This document shows, piece by piece, positions 18,586 to 28,223 of a stretch of 64,000 bases of DNA. Source of the stretch: Candidatus Bathyarchaeota archaeon (lineage in GTDB: Archaea > Thermoproteota > Bathyarchaeia > Bathyarchaeales > Bathycorpusculaceae). Both the position numbers and the translations under genes were made by a program. Position 1 is the first letter of the stretch. Each line of letters opens with the position of its first letter. Where the stretch lies: contig CAVYES010000010.1 in assembly GCA_963767735.1 (NCBI GenBank), forward strand, positions 1-64,000, in the 5' to 3' direction. The notes under the pieces were generated by a model that saw nothing but the letters and a program-made list of their open reading frames with translations, did not search any database and was not told where the DNA came from.

Positions 18586-19923
18586 CTAAAACTTGAATAA
18601 ATACGTCTCATCACTTAATGTCTGAACTAGATTCCAGCCGTCATTTAATCTGCGAATCATGTCGTCATTTCCCTTAACTACAACATACTTTTGCTTTTTA
18701 TCGTGGTTGACTGTAGTCGTTTTATCTCTTCTTTCATCTTTGATTTCGTCTGTATCTTCTTTTAAGCGGCTGAGCTCTTGGATCGACTCGTCTACGTTCC
18801 GGTGTTTAGCGAGTACATCTTCCATCTTTTTGATTTTATCTTCAGAGAACCCAAAAACCTTTGCCATATCGATTATCTGCCTCTTTCGAGAATCTTCTGA
18901 AAGCCCATTCTTTTCTGGGAAAAAGTTAACCGAGCTATACTTCTGCCGTAGCTCCTCAACCTTGGTCTTGTCATAGTAAACATCCTGAGTTCCAGGCAAA
19001 ATATGCCCCATCAAGAACTCTTGATCTTTAGGATCCAACCGAGCGTTTCTCAAAGCTGATTCAAACGCTTTCCTTAAGCAGTGCGGATAAACGTCTTTCC
19101 ACCTTTTTACTCCGATTTTTTGAGCGGCTATCTTTACAGTGGCTTCGAGTGTCTTTTTCATAACAGGAATATGCCATCTCTTCTCAAAAGCTACATTGCT
19201 ACTCTCAGAAGCAAACAAAGGTTCATCATCCTCAATCTTGCCCTCCTGTTCAATCCTTTGCTCTAAATACTGTTTTAGGGCAATTACCGCCTCTTTAGAA
19301 ATGAAAGAAAAATAAGGAATATTTCCCTTGCAAGCACCATCATCTATCCTCTTCATTTCAGGATAGACAGGAACTTTGATGATTTCCTTGTGACTCACCA
19401 ACTCTTCCCTCACATCACCGTAAAGAAGTGCTCTCAAAGTAGAATTTCGCAGGCCACTCGTGTATAATGACATCATTATTGCTCTGTTTCTTCTCGTGCC
19501 ACTCGAAAAAGCAATATCGTAAATTTCAGCTGAAGACGGAATATACTCGCTTTTCTTTCTGTATCTAGAAGGCTGATAATGCCGCTCAACCTCCAAATCT
19601 GATGGACCTTTAAAACCGTTAACCCTGAAAAAAGTCTTCAGATAACCCAAGCTAACATTCACATAGCGGGTACTAAACCCTTTATCTGCAAGGGAGTCAA
19701 TGTACCCCTGAACAACTCCAGAAGCATCCTTGCAAGGCAATAAAACAAGTTCATCCGGGGTCTTTTGAGCAAACACACATAACCCCTTCAAAATATAACC
19801 AACATTCTCTCGGGTCTTCTCGCTTCTTACTTTACGGCTATAATGCTTAAGAAAAATATCTACGCTTTTATACTGGCTTGTCCAGTCGTCGACTTTCAGA
19901 AACTTTTCCCAAGTCTTCAACAT
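18586..19923 (-). CDS. Tyrosine recombinase/integrase
   Basis: Catalytic residues SGLR...HCLRK...MGH...Y; C-terminal extension. Confidence 0.93.
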   Translation of the reverse strand: MLKTWEKFLKVDDWTSQYKSVDIFLKHYSRKVRSEKTRENVGYILKGLCVFAQKTPDELVLLPCKDASGVVQGYIDSLADKGFSTRYVNVSLGYLKTFFRVNGFKGPSDLEVERHYQPSRYRKKSEYIPSSAEIYDIAFSSGTRRNRAIMMSLYTSGLRNSTLRALLYGDVREELVSHKEIIKVPVYPEMKRIDDGACKGNIPYFSFISKEAVIALKQYLEQRIEQEGKIEDDEPLFASESSNVAFEKRWHIPVMKKTLEATVKIAAQKIGVKRWKDVYPHCLRKAFESALRNARLDPKDQEFLMGHILPGTQDVYYDKTKVEELRQKYSSVNFFPEKNGLSEDSRKRQIIDMAKVFGFSEDKIKKMEDVLAKHRNVDESIQELSRLKEDTDEIKDERRDKTTTVNHDKKQKYVVVKGNDDMIRRLNDGWNLVQTLSDETYLFKF

Positions 19924-20147
19924 TTAGGCCTCTTAGAGAAGGAGGGCTTAACGCCATATTTAAGCGTAGGGTCACCCTTTGAACGGGACCATGCCAGGCT
20001 AGGGCAATCCCGCCACTGACAACGCTTTTGATGATGCTAAAGTCTGGGTTACAGTGTAGAGTGTGGTGCTCGGATATTTTGGCTTTCTGTAGGCGGGATG
20101 CGGCATTCAAGCGAAATCAAGTGCAGAGCCTAACCCAAAGCTCAGGT

Positions 20148-21176
20148 TTAGGCTTCTACAAGTTGGCCACTGTGAATAGCAGGCAGCACTTCTCTGCCAA
20201 AGAAATCTACAGTCTCCAGTTGGTTAGGAGAACCCGAGTGAACTACAATATGCGTCGCGCCGTGTTCAGTGAGTTCTTTGATTGCACTTAAGTGAACCTT
20301 TGGATCGTTACTTATAGTAAATTCGTTGAGCACATCTTCCAATTTTATTTCTTTTTCAGCGCGCGCTTGAATTTGCTGTGGGCTTATATTGTCATAATAG
20401 CCATGAGTCCAAGCTTTAACGATGAAACGCCATTTTTCAACCGCCTCACGAGCGTCCTCTTTATTTCCAGCCATCGCCCAATGCTCAACTATAATGGGTT
20501 TGGTTCTTGGGTCTCCGCCGCTTTCACGTACTCCCATATCCCAAGCGGCTTTCACGTTAGGATTGCTCTTAAGCAGGTTTCCAGCCGTGATCAACCCATC
20601 ACCATAAAGACCCGACAGACGTGCGCTTTTGGGTCCTGCAGTAGCGACGATGTAGAGAGGAATATTTGATGCAGGATGGTCGTACAGTTTTCCGTCGACA
20701 TTCCAAGTTCGCCCTTTATACTGCACATGGTCACCCTCCCATAACTCGCGAATAATTCGGACAGCTTCAGTTACACGGCAAGCCCGTTCTTCATATGGCG
20801 CCCATCCCCCGCCTGCTGCTCCTTCATTTAGGTTCTCACCTAAACCAACGCCAAGATAAACTCTTCCAGGAGCCAGCAAACTGAGTGATGCCCAGTTCTG
20901 TGCAATTATGGCTGGGTTGTAACGAAACGCGGGGCAAGTTACGCCTGTTCCAAGGTGTATTCGGGATGTGCGTTGAGTAAGTGCGGCAAGAAGTACCCAA
21001 GCAGACCCTGCGTGGCCTTCGTTGGGTTGCCATGGTTGAAAGTGGTCGCTTGTCCATATGCCGTCAAAACCAGCCTCTTCAGCGGCTGTTCCATACTTAA
21101 GGAGTTGTGGAGTAGTGAACTGTTCATTAGCTAGTGCAAAATAAATGAGAGGTTTAGTCTTTTTGTTTAAACTCAT
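20148..21176 (-). CDS. F420-dependent LLM-class oxidoreductase (G6PDH-like family)
   Basis: EQF...WTSDHFQPW, GTGVTCP and GLGENLNE motifs. Confidence 0.9.
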   Translation of the reverse strand: MSLNKKTKPLIYFALANEQFTTPQLLKYGTAAEEAGFDGIWTSDHFQPWQPNEGHAGSAWVLLAALTQRTSRIHLGTGVTCPAFRYNPAIIAQNWASLSLLAPGRVYLGVGLGENLNEGAAGGGWAPYEERACRVTEAVRIIRELWEGDHVQYKGRTWNVDGKLYDHPASNIPLYIVATAGPKSARLSGLYGDGLITAGNLLKSNPNVKAAWDMGVRESGGDPRTKPIIVEHWAMAGNKEDAREAVEKWRFIVKAWTHGYYDNISPQQIQARAEKEIKLEDVLNEFTISNDPKVHLSAIKELTEHGATHIVVHSGSPNQLETVDFFGREVLPAIHSGQLVEA

Positions 21177-21233
21177 GTTCCCATCTCATGTAGAATAAGT
21201 TTGTAAGCAATTCTCTCTTATGGTACAATCTTG

Positions 21234-21249
21234 TTTAAACCTGTGTGAT
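21234..21249 (-). promoter_or_regulatory. Putative BRE/TATA promoter with shared ATCACACAGG motif
   Basis: Minus strand ATCACACAGGTTTAAA about 58 bp upstream of the start; a near-identical motif is at 25432-25447. Confidence 0.55.
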
Positions 21250-21318
21250 AGCCCAAAAGCAACAACACCCGTCGTAATGAACAAATTTCGAAGAATACCG
21301 CAACGCTATTAGGACCTC

Positions 21319-22119
21319 CTAATAGGTGATGATTTCATTACTTTCCTCAATTATTCTGGAAAAAACCGTTTGGTCAGGCATCACGAAAGGTTTAGACTGA
21401 GGAACGCGGCTTAGCACATCGACTAGTTGCTCGATTCTGGTTCGGGCTGTGGGCAAATGGGACGAGAGAATCATGCTTGGATTTAGCTCCCTAACCTCAT
21501 CAAGTGCTACCTTGAATTTTTGCTCCTCCATTAAGTGAACCCATGGAGTGTCAAATGATGCCCAAGCAATCATACCCTCATCAAGCTCCTGATCCGAAAA
21601 ACTCGCGGTGTTTCTTTCTTTTCTCTTCAGAACTGCACCAAAAGCATCAACCGAGAACAACGCGCCTGATTTTTCATCAAACAAGCCTACCGTATATGGC
21701 GAGTCATAAAGGGGAGGCTTGATGAGAGTTAGTTTTCGGTCGCCCACGCTGATTTTTTCTCCTATACTTAACGCGTAAACCCTTTCAAGGGGAACTTGCC
21801 AGCTTGTGTTCATTCTGAGAGCTGATAAAGCATGCACAGCAAGTTTGGCTTTTGGTGCAAATTCAAGCAAGGGCTTAATATTCCCTGCATGATCAACGTC
21901 ATCGTGGGTAAGCCACAGCCACTTTAGGTCTTGAGGGTCAATTATTGACTTTAGAGCATTAACAAAATCTTCACTGTCTCTGCCCAATCCTGCGTCAACT
22001 AAAACGGGTTCTTCACTTAGAAGGACAAATGAATTAACTGGTATGGTTCCAAATCGAGGGATGTGATAGGATGAAGAGAGGACGTAGATATCTTGGCTAA
22101 TCGAGTAAAAATCAAGCAT
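21319..22119 (-). CDS. MBL-fold metallo-hydrolase (flavodiiron N-domain-like)
   Basis: THDDVDHAG, LFSVDAFG and SSH metal motifs. Confidence 0.85.
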   Translation of the reverse strand: MLDFYSISQDIYVLSSSYHIPRFGTIPVNSFVLLSEEPVLVDAGLGRDSEDFVNALKSIIDPQDLKWLWLTHDDVDHAGNIKPLLEFAPKAKLAVHALSALRMNTSWQVPLERVYALSIGEKISVGDRKLTLIKPPLYDSPYTVGLFDEKSGALFSVDAFGAVLKRKERNTASFSDQELDEGMIAWASFDTPWVHLMEEQKFKVALDEVRELNPSMILSSHLPTARTRIEQLVDVLSRVPQSKPFVMPDQTVFSRIIEESNEIITY

Positions 22120-22507
22120 AAAATCAACTTCTTTGATCCCATGGCACTATGTGGAAGTGGCGAAGCTCTTGTTTAAGACTTTGTGGCTGTACTTATACAA
22201 CACTAAAGTTCAATGAAGCATGTTGCTACATGCTTTGTTAAAATTTTGAACTCACAGAGGTCGAGCAAGCGACGAAAGCCCTCACGGCAGCCATAAGCAA
22301 ACAAAGTGTTCGCGGCAGCGTCAGTTGGGATGTTTTGAGGGAAATTGACTTCCAGAAATGGGTTGTCTGTACTTTCGGGGGCTGTCTACCTGCGTCGAAT
22401 GCATTGAAATAGAAATAACTAGTTTGATGTCATTCAGCCAGAATTCTTTATTCATCATAATCGGTCTCTTTTATTGCAGTTGGTTTTGGTCATGAAATTC
22501 AAAGACC

Positions 22508-23011
22508 TTACCTCAACTCACAGGGTTTTCTGTTGATGGGACGTTGATCCATTTGTATCAACATATTCACGGAAGGCTGGTCACCCACTGTACCTGAGCG
22601 ATGGCCTCTGCGTCCTTGGGAGTCTTGGTTGGTATTCTGGTCGTTTCCAAACGACAGCTCTCCAGGTCCCATCTCCACACGCTTGCCATCCATGGTCTCC
22701 ACAAACCAACGCCCTGAGAGCGGCACGATCCATTGTGGTTTTGGGTTCTCATGCCATTCACCCACCCAACCTACTGGTAGTACCATGACTATCATGTTGG
22801 TGCAAGGGTTTGTTAATCTATCAAGCCATTCTGGCGCCGCGCCGCTCGATATGCTCTCGAACTCGAAGTCCGTTAGGAAGCAGCGGTCTTGATGGCTTAT
22901 TCCATTCCTGTCAACCCAGACATGCCAGTATGGCACAGAAGGTTTACCGTTGGAATTTTTGGCCGTCAATAGACGTGATTGATTAGGTTTTAAAAGTTTT
23001 GATCCTGACAA
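22508..23011 (-). CDS. Cupin-domain protein
   Basis: WHENPKPQWIVPLSGRWFVET...GH cupin motifs. Confidence 0.85.
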   Translation of the reverse strand: MSGSKLLKPNQSRLLTAKNSNGKPSVPYWHVWVDRNGISHQDRCFLTDFEFESISSGAAPEWLDRLTNPCTNMIVMVLPVGWVGEWHENPKPQWIVPLSGRWFVETMDGKRVEMGPGELSFGNDQNTNQDSQGRRGHRSGTVGDQPSVNMLIQMDQRPINRKPCELR

Positions 23012-23040
23012 TGCAGATGCCTCATGACTTTTCGGTTATT

Positions 23041-24462
23041 CTAAGGAACTGCCGCTGCCTGTCCTGAATCTGTTGCGAAAATCTGAATGGATTTTATGTT
23101 TACAAATTCTTTTATCCCGTACCTAGATAATTCTCTGCCAATACCAGAGTTCTTCAGGCCTCCAAATGGCAAACGCGGATCCGACTGCATCTGACAATTG
23201 ACAAAGACCGTTCCGCTCTGTATTTTGCTGGTTAAAGAGTTTGCTCTGTCCAAGTTTTCGGTCCAAATACTTGCGCCTAATCCGTAGTCTGTGTCGTTTG
23301 CGACGCGTATTGCTTCTGCTTCGTTTTCAACTATGTAAATGGGAGCCGCTGGTCCAAAGACTTCTTCGTTCATAATCCTCATGCTTCTGTTTACGTTGGA
23401 CAGCACCGTGGGATCGTAAAATGATCCTTTTCCAGTTCTTGGGCCTCCCTGAAGCAAAGCTGTCGCGCCCTTGGATAGAGCATCCTTCACTTGCCCCTCA
23501 ACCTTTTCAACTGCCTCCTTATTTACGAGAGGACCAACATCAGTTGTGTGATCCATCGGGTCGCCGACTTTTTGGTTTTGAATCTCGTCAACAAATCTTC
23601 GTGTGAATTCTTCAGCGTTGTTTTTGACAACAATAAACCGTTTAGGTTTATCGCAACTTTGGCCTGAGTTAAGGAGACGACCGATTGCCCCTACCCGTGC
23701 GGCTTCCCGAACGTTTGCATCTTCAAACACGATGAATGGGTCACTACCTCCTAGTTCAAGGACAAACTTCTTTAAACTTCCAGCTGCCAAGGTTGCGATC
23801 GATTTACCAGCCTCCACACTGCCGGTAAAGGTAACTCCTCGGATAATGTCTGACTTAATCAGTTGAGCAATCGTCTCGTAACTGCTTATAATCGTGCGAA
23901 AAACTCCATCGGGGAACCCTGCGCTGATGATTGATTCTTCAATTGCAAGAGCGCAGGCAGGACAGGTGTTTGAATGCCTCAGAATAAAGGTGTTCCCAGC
24001 CAGCATTGCAGGCATAGCGGCTCGCAGAGCTTGCCAGAACGGAAAGTTCCAAGGCATGACTCCAAGAATTACGCCCAATGGCTTGAAGGTAACATAGGCA
24101 TTTTCGGCATCTGTCTCGGTTGGTTCATCTTTTAGCCATTCTTCGCCGTGTTTTGCCAACACTTCAGCTGTCCAAGCGCATTTTTCTATCTCGTTCTCGG
24201 ACTGAACGATAGGCTTGCCCATTTCTGTTGTAATAATTTTGGCGTACTCAGCTTTCTTTGCGCGAAGCAATTTAGCAATGGAACCTATGTACACTGCTCT
24301 ATCTGAAAGAGATAGAACACTCCACTTGTGTCGATAAGTGTCATTTGCTTTACTAGCAGCCTCCATGGCTTTTTCCACAGAAATCAAAGGATAAGACGCC
24401 AATTCTTCCCCAGTAGCAGGATTCATTGTTTCTATCACATTTCTTTCTTCGTGCATTTGCAT
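23041..24462 (-). CDS. NAD(P)-dependent succinate-semialdehyde dehydrogenase-like ALDH
   Basis: MPWNFPFWQ, FTGS, LELGGSDP, GQSC and EEVFGP motifs. Confidence 0.92.
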   Translation of the reverse strand: MQMHEERNVIETMNPATGEELASYPLISVEKAMEAASKANDTYRHKWSVLSLSDRAVYIGSIAKLLRAKKAEYAKIITTEMGKPIVQSENEIEKCAWTAEVLAKHGEEWLKDEPTETDAENAYVTFKPLGVILGVMPWNFPFWQALRAAMPAMLAGNTFILRHSNTCPACALAIEESIISAGFPDGVFRTIISSYETIAQLIKSDIIRGVTFTGSVEAGKSIATLAAGSLKKFVLELGGSDPFIVFEDANVREAARVGAIGRLLNSGQSCDKPKRFIVVKNNAEEFTRRFVDEIQNQKVGDPMDHTTDVGPLVNKEAVEKVEGQVKDALSKGATALLQGGPRTGKGSFYDPTVLSNVNRSMRIMNEEVFGPAAPIYIVENEAEAIRVANDTDYGLGASIWTENLDRANSLTSKIQSGTVFVNCQMQSDPRLPFGGLKNSGIGRELSRYGIKEFVNIKSIQIFATDSGQAAAVP

Positions 24463-24479
24463 ATTATTTCACCGATTTT

Positions 24480-25370
24480 TCATTTACCGCTAATAAGCCC
24501 ATTTAAACGCTCAATCTGTCGAGCAATGGCGCTAAAATCCAATTTGCCATCACCATCTGCAACCGCCTTAGAAAATTGATCAAAGACCAGCTGTGAAACA
24601 GGGAGAACAGCCTTTGCTTTTTCAGCTTGCCCTTTTGCGAATCGCAGATCTTTAAACAAATTATCCATCGAGAAAGAGGTCGCAAAATCGCCAACTGCAA
24701 TCTTTGGCCCCTTCACTTCGCTGACGAAGTTTCTATGTGCCGTTTTGTTTATGACATTAACGAAATCGGCAGGTCCGAACCCAAGCATCCTTGAAAACAC
24801 ATATGCTTCAGAAAAGGTTTCGGCAATAAGTCCCAAGTAGAGGTTCACGGCAAGTTTCATCTTTAGACCTGCGCCGACCGAGCCAATGTAAAGAACTGGG
24901 TTTCCGAGTTGTTGGAGAAATGCCTCGTTTTTCTCGAAAAGTCCCTTGTCTCCGCCAACCAGAAGTATCACTTTTCCTTGCCTTTCCATATCAGGGTTAC
25001 CAACGATTGGGACTTCCAGCCGGTTTTTACCAAGACGTTTTGATTGTTCCGCGAACTCGAACGAAGCGTCAGGCTCAATCGTACTCATCTCTAACCAAAC
25101 GGCATCCTTCTTTAGAGCTTGAAGAAATCCTTGGTCCCCTGAAGTAACCTGTTGAACTGCATTCTCGTCTGTTAGGGATGTTATTAAAACGTCAACTGCA
25201 GAAGCGAGCTCGCTTGGGGTTTGATTTACAATTGCTCCTTTCTGCTCGAAAGGTCTAGCCTTCTCTATGGTTCGGTTATAGACGTGAACTTCATTTCCCT
25301 GAGAAAGAAGATTTGTTGCTATAGCTGATCCCATAAGTCCGAGACCTGCTACGCCCACCTTGGTTTTCAT
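24480..25370 (-). CDS. Beta-hydroxyacid dehydrogenase (3-hydroxyisobutyrate DH family)
   Basis: GLGLMGS Rossmann motif, YNRT, MSTI, KMKLAVN. Confidence 0.9.
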   Translation of the reverse strand: MKTKVGVAGLGLMGSAIATNLLSQGNEVHVYNRTIEKARPFEQKGAIVNQTPSELASAVDVLITSLTDENAVQQVTSGDQGFLQALKKDAVWLEMSTIEPDASFEFAEQSKRLGKNRLEVPIVGNPDMERQGKVILLVGGDKGLFEKNEAFLQQLGNPVLYIGSVGAGLKMKLAVNLYLGLIAETFSEAYVFSRMLGFGPADFVNVINKTAHRNFVSEVKGPKIAVGDFATSFSMDNLFKDLRFAKGQAEKAKAVLPVSQLVFDQFSKAVADGDGKLDFSAIARQIERLNGLISGK

Positions 25371-25431
25371 CTTCCCAAATCCTTCAAAAACTTATTTGTC
25401 TTAATATGGAGTAACGAATTAAGTGCACGGA

Positions 25432-25447
25432 TTAAAGCCTGTGTGAT
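25432..25447 (-). promoter_or_regulatory. Putative BRE/TATA promoter with shared ATCACACAGG motif
   Basis: Minus strand ATCACACAGGCTTTAA about 62 bp upstream of 25370. Confidence 0.55.
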
Positions 25448-25649
25448 TGTGAACAAACAACATCATAGTCGGAAATTGGAACAGTAAATTAGGCGTTAAG
25501 TTAGATTGCTTGCTTTGCTTGCTAATTATCGTTCTTTCCAATTAATAAGGAAGAATTTGCCCAAATTTTTAAAATAGCTACATTTTTTACGAAGATTTTT
25601 AATTATTAATAACGGAGAATTTTCCTGATTTTGGTAAGCGTGATAATTA

Positions 25650-26897
25650 ATGACTGAAGGACAGAGCTGCTCTGACCATCTTGACCTGCGTATGACTGAG
25701 TGTTACTATCCCGTAAAGCCTCGTCTTTCTCGGCGAGCCACCTATGTGTTGCTCGCATCTATTTTCGCTTACGGGACGCTTGGAACGACACTGCCGACTC
25801 CGCTTTATGTGCTCTATCAACAGAAATATCAGTTAACGCCACTTCTGATCACAATAATTTTCACAGTTTACGCGATAGGGGTTCTTTTAGCACTGGTTTT
25901 CTTCGGCCGCGTTTCCGACCACTACGGACGCCGACCAATCATGATAAGCGCCATAATTCTGGCAACCACAAGTACGCTCCTCTTCATATTTGCCCAAAGC
26001 GTCCCCGTTTTGCTGACGGCACGATTTATCTCAGGACTTGGATCAGGCCTGCTTACTGGAGCCGCAACAGCAGCGCTCGCTGAACTCGAACCGAAGGGTT
26101 CACCTCAAAGAGCTGCTCGTGTAGCGACAGCTGCCAACATGGGCGGTTTGGGACTTGGTCCTCTTGTTTCTGGACTTTTCGCTCAGCTTGCACCCGATCC
26201 GACACAACTCGTTTTTATCGTCTACCTGCTCTTTTTGTTTCTCTGTATGGGTCTTGTGGGTTTTCTACCAGAGACCGTTAGATCGCCTGACCATGTTTTT
26301 GACATAAGGCCACGTCTGGGCGTGGCGCCGTCAACAAGGAGGATTTTTGTTCAAGCAGCCATCACAGTATTTTCCGTTTTTACGATATTGGGTCTCTTTA
26401 GTGCTTTGGCTCCTTCTTTTCTTAGAATAACACTTAAAGTACCCAACCTTATCGTCGCTGGGGCAGTGGTGTTCCTACTCTTTGGCATTGCTACGTTTGC
26501 CCAAATCGGCATGCATGGACTTAGTAGCCGAACCGCCCGGCTATATGGGTTAGTGACGCTCATTATAGCTCTTGGTCTTATACAGCTTGGATTGAGCCTC
26601 CCAAACTTCACATTCTTCATTGCTGGAACAGTTATCGGAGGTTTAGGCGTTGGATTGGCGTTCATGGGCAGCTTAGCCGCGATCAATCAAGTCGCGCCGC
26701 CAAACCATCGGGGCGCAATGGTCTCTGCCTTCTTTGTGGCGGCCTATATAGGTCTAAGTATTCCTGTGGTTGGCGTAGGATTCCTCGTGGATGCCACGAA
26801 CTTCGTTGTAGGAACGCTCATTTTGGCAGCAGTGATCTCCGTTCTCCTTCTAGTCACGATAGTGGTTTTGTTCTTGCCGGACAGAAAACAAGCGTGA
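25650..26897 (+). CDS. MFS transporter
   Basis: GRVSDHYGRRP motif A and about 12 hydrophobic segments. Confidence 0.93.
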   Translation: MTEGQSCSDHLDLRMTECYYPVKPRLSRRATYVLLASIFAYGTLGTTLPTPLYVLYQQKYQLTPLLITIIFTVYAIGVLLALVFFGRVSDHYGRRPIMISAIILATTSTLLFIFAQSVPVLLTARFISGLGSGLLTGAATAALAELEPKGSPQRAARVATAANMGGLGLGPLVSGLFAQLAPDPTQLVFIVYLLFLFLCMGLVGFLPETVRSPDHVFDIRPRLGVAPSTRRIFVQAAITVFSVFTILGLFSALAPSFLRITLKVPNLIVAGAVVFLLFGIATFAQIGMHGLSSRTARLYGLVTLIIALGLIQLGLSLPNFTFFIAGTVIGGLGVGLAFMGSLAAINQVAPPNHRGAMVSAFFVAAYIGLSIPVVGVGFLVDATNFVVGTLILAAVISVLLLVTIVVLFLPDRKQA

Positions 26898-27187
26898 AGG
26901 ATGTTGTCCTAATGACAGCGAAATGCAACTGTGAAAAAAGGTTTTATTGATAATGCGTTAAATTGAGCCGTTTTTCCGTTCGGAAAGCTGATGGATTACC
27001 AGATAGACAAATATTTAGACAAAGCGAATTTAAAGGGGGAAATATCTATTGTTTTTGGTGAGTTGGATTGAAAAAACGTTGTTCTACCGAAAAAGAAAAA
27101 AGTGGTTTTAGTTTGTTCGGGAGAATGGTTTATAAAGAAATAAGTCCAACACCAACAAGGAAATAGACTTTTGTGGTAGGGTTCTGA

Positions 27188-27619
27188 ATGGTTGGAAAAT
27201 TGTCTAAAGCTGACGTTGCATTTATGGAGAAGCTGCCCGTATGCAGAATGGCAACAGCAACTGAAGAGTGTGAACCTGTAGTGAGGCCTGTTTGGCCCGT
27301 TTTTGACGGGGTAAATATTTTTATAGCCAGTGATCCTGACACGCCCAAGCTGGAACACATAGAGGCAAATCCTCAGGTGTCATTGGTCTTTGATGATTAC
27401 GACAGAAACAACTGGTCAAACATTAAAGGCATCCGCGTGCAGGGAGAAGCAATTATCCTTTGGAAAGGCAAAGAATACCGTTACGCACATGATCTTCTCA
27501 AAGAAAAGTATCCCGAGTATCAAAGTGAGGAAGGCAGCTGGAAAGAAGGCGACGTCCCAATAATCAAGATTTTGCCCATATCTTTCACGAAATGGACACA
27601 AGGCGAATGGAAAAAGTGA
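27188..27619 (+). CDS. Pyridoxamine 5'-phosphate oxidase-like (PPOX) protein
   Basis: CRMATA...PVW...KLEHIEANPQVSLVFDDY...LLKEKYPEY. Confidence 0.85.
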   Translation: MVGKLSKADVAFMEKLPVCRMATATEECEPVVRPVWPVFDGVNIFIASDPDTPKLEHIEANPQVSLVFDDYDRNNWSNIKGIRVQGEAIILWKGKEYRYAHDLLKEKYPEYQSEEGSWKEGDVPIIKILPISFTKWTQGEWKK

Positions 27620-28157
27620 ACTACTCGCCTCTTCCGAGGCGAGCATCCACATCTAATTTTTGTTGATATATTCCTCTATTTTCGCACTAGTAACAACGCC
27701 TGCAGTTCTTACAGCATAGCCCTCAGACCACAAATGCCCACCCCAAAGCTGCAACCTAATCTCAGGAAACTCCTCAAACAGCAGTTTAGCAGAATTACAC
27801 TTCAAGACACGCACCATCTCAGGTATACATAGCTTTGGCCGAGCTGAAACAAACACGTGAATATGGTCGCCATGATGAACTTTGGCAGCCATCAGTTGGA
27901 AGCCGTGTGTAGTAGCAATCGTTTTAAGTACTTCCTCCAATCTAACCTCAACTGAGCCTAGAAGTACCTTGCGCCGGTATTTGGTGGCCCAGATAAGGTG
28001 GTAGTTAGCTTGGTAAGCACACGATCTTGCTTTCTCCAAGTCTATCACCCCCCCTTATCCAATGGTGACAGACCTATCGGCTTGAACGGCTAATAGAACT
28101 GCGGGTTGGACGCATTCATCCTGCCGCTAACGCGGCAGGTATTCTGCTAAGTTTTTT
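27616..28157 (-). mobile_element. IS200/IS605-family element, TnpA only (542 bp)
   Basis: Left-end hairpin CCTGCCGC/GCGGCAGG (28120-28139) with guide AATA and target TTAT. Right-end hairpin CTCGCCTC/GAGGCGAG (27624-27643) with guide GATG and end TTCAC. Confidence 0.9.
27653..28048 (-). CDS. tnpA: IS200/IS605 Y1 transposase TnpA
   Basis: YHLIWATKYRR, DHIH (HUH), LWSEGY and IEEYI (catalytic Tyr). Confidence 0.96.
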   Translation of the reverse strand: MIDLEKARSCAYQANYHLIWATKYRRKVLLGSVEVRLEEVLKTIATTHGFQLMAAKVHHGDHIHVFVSARPKLCIPEMVRVLKCNSAKLLFEEFPEIRLQLWGGHLWSEGYAVRTAGVVTSAKIEEYINKN

Positions 28158-28223
28158 ATAAATCTCTCTCACAAATAGTTGCTTTTCGTCAGGGTATTAT
28201 ATCAAGTTTTTTAAAGCTAAAGT

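Larger units (their letters stand above)
14225..19923 (-). mobile_element. Putative integrated element or provirus remnant (boundaries uncertain)
   Basis: Co-oriented integrase, Fic/Doc, HTH, ParB-like, ATPase and GNAT genes. No att repeat or tRNA found by eye. Confidence 0.55.

Noticed and set aside
14130-20140. attL/attR direct repeats or a target tRNA for the integrase
   Set aside because: Only a weak GCTTTT-ATGATG similarity (about 14152 vs about 20023), and no tRNA cloverleaf was seen.
22200-22500. Possible ncRNA or gene remnant (hairpin AGCATGT..ACATGCT near 22217)
   Set aside because: A single short hairpin with no recognisable family or ORF.
27616-28157. TnpB/omega-RNA nuclease system
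   Set aside because: The element has room only for tnpA; there is no tnpB ORF or visible remnant.
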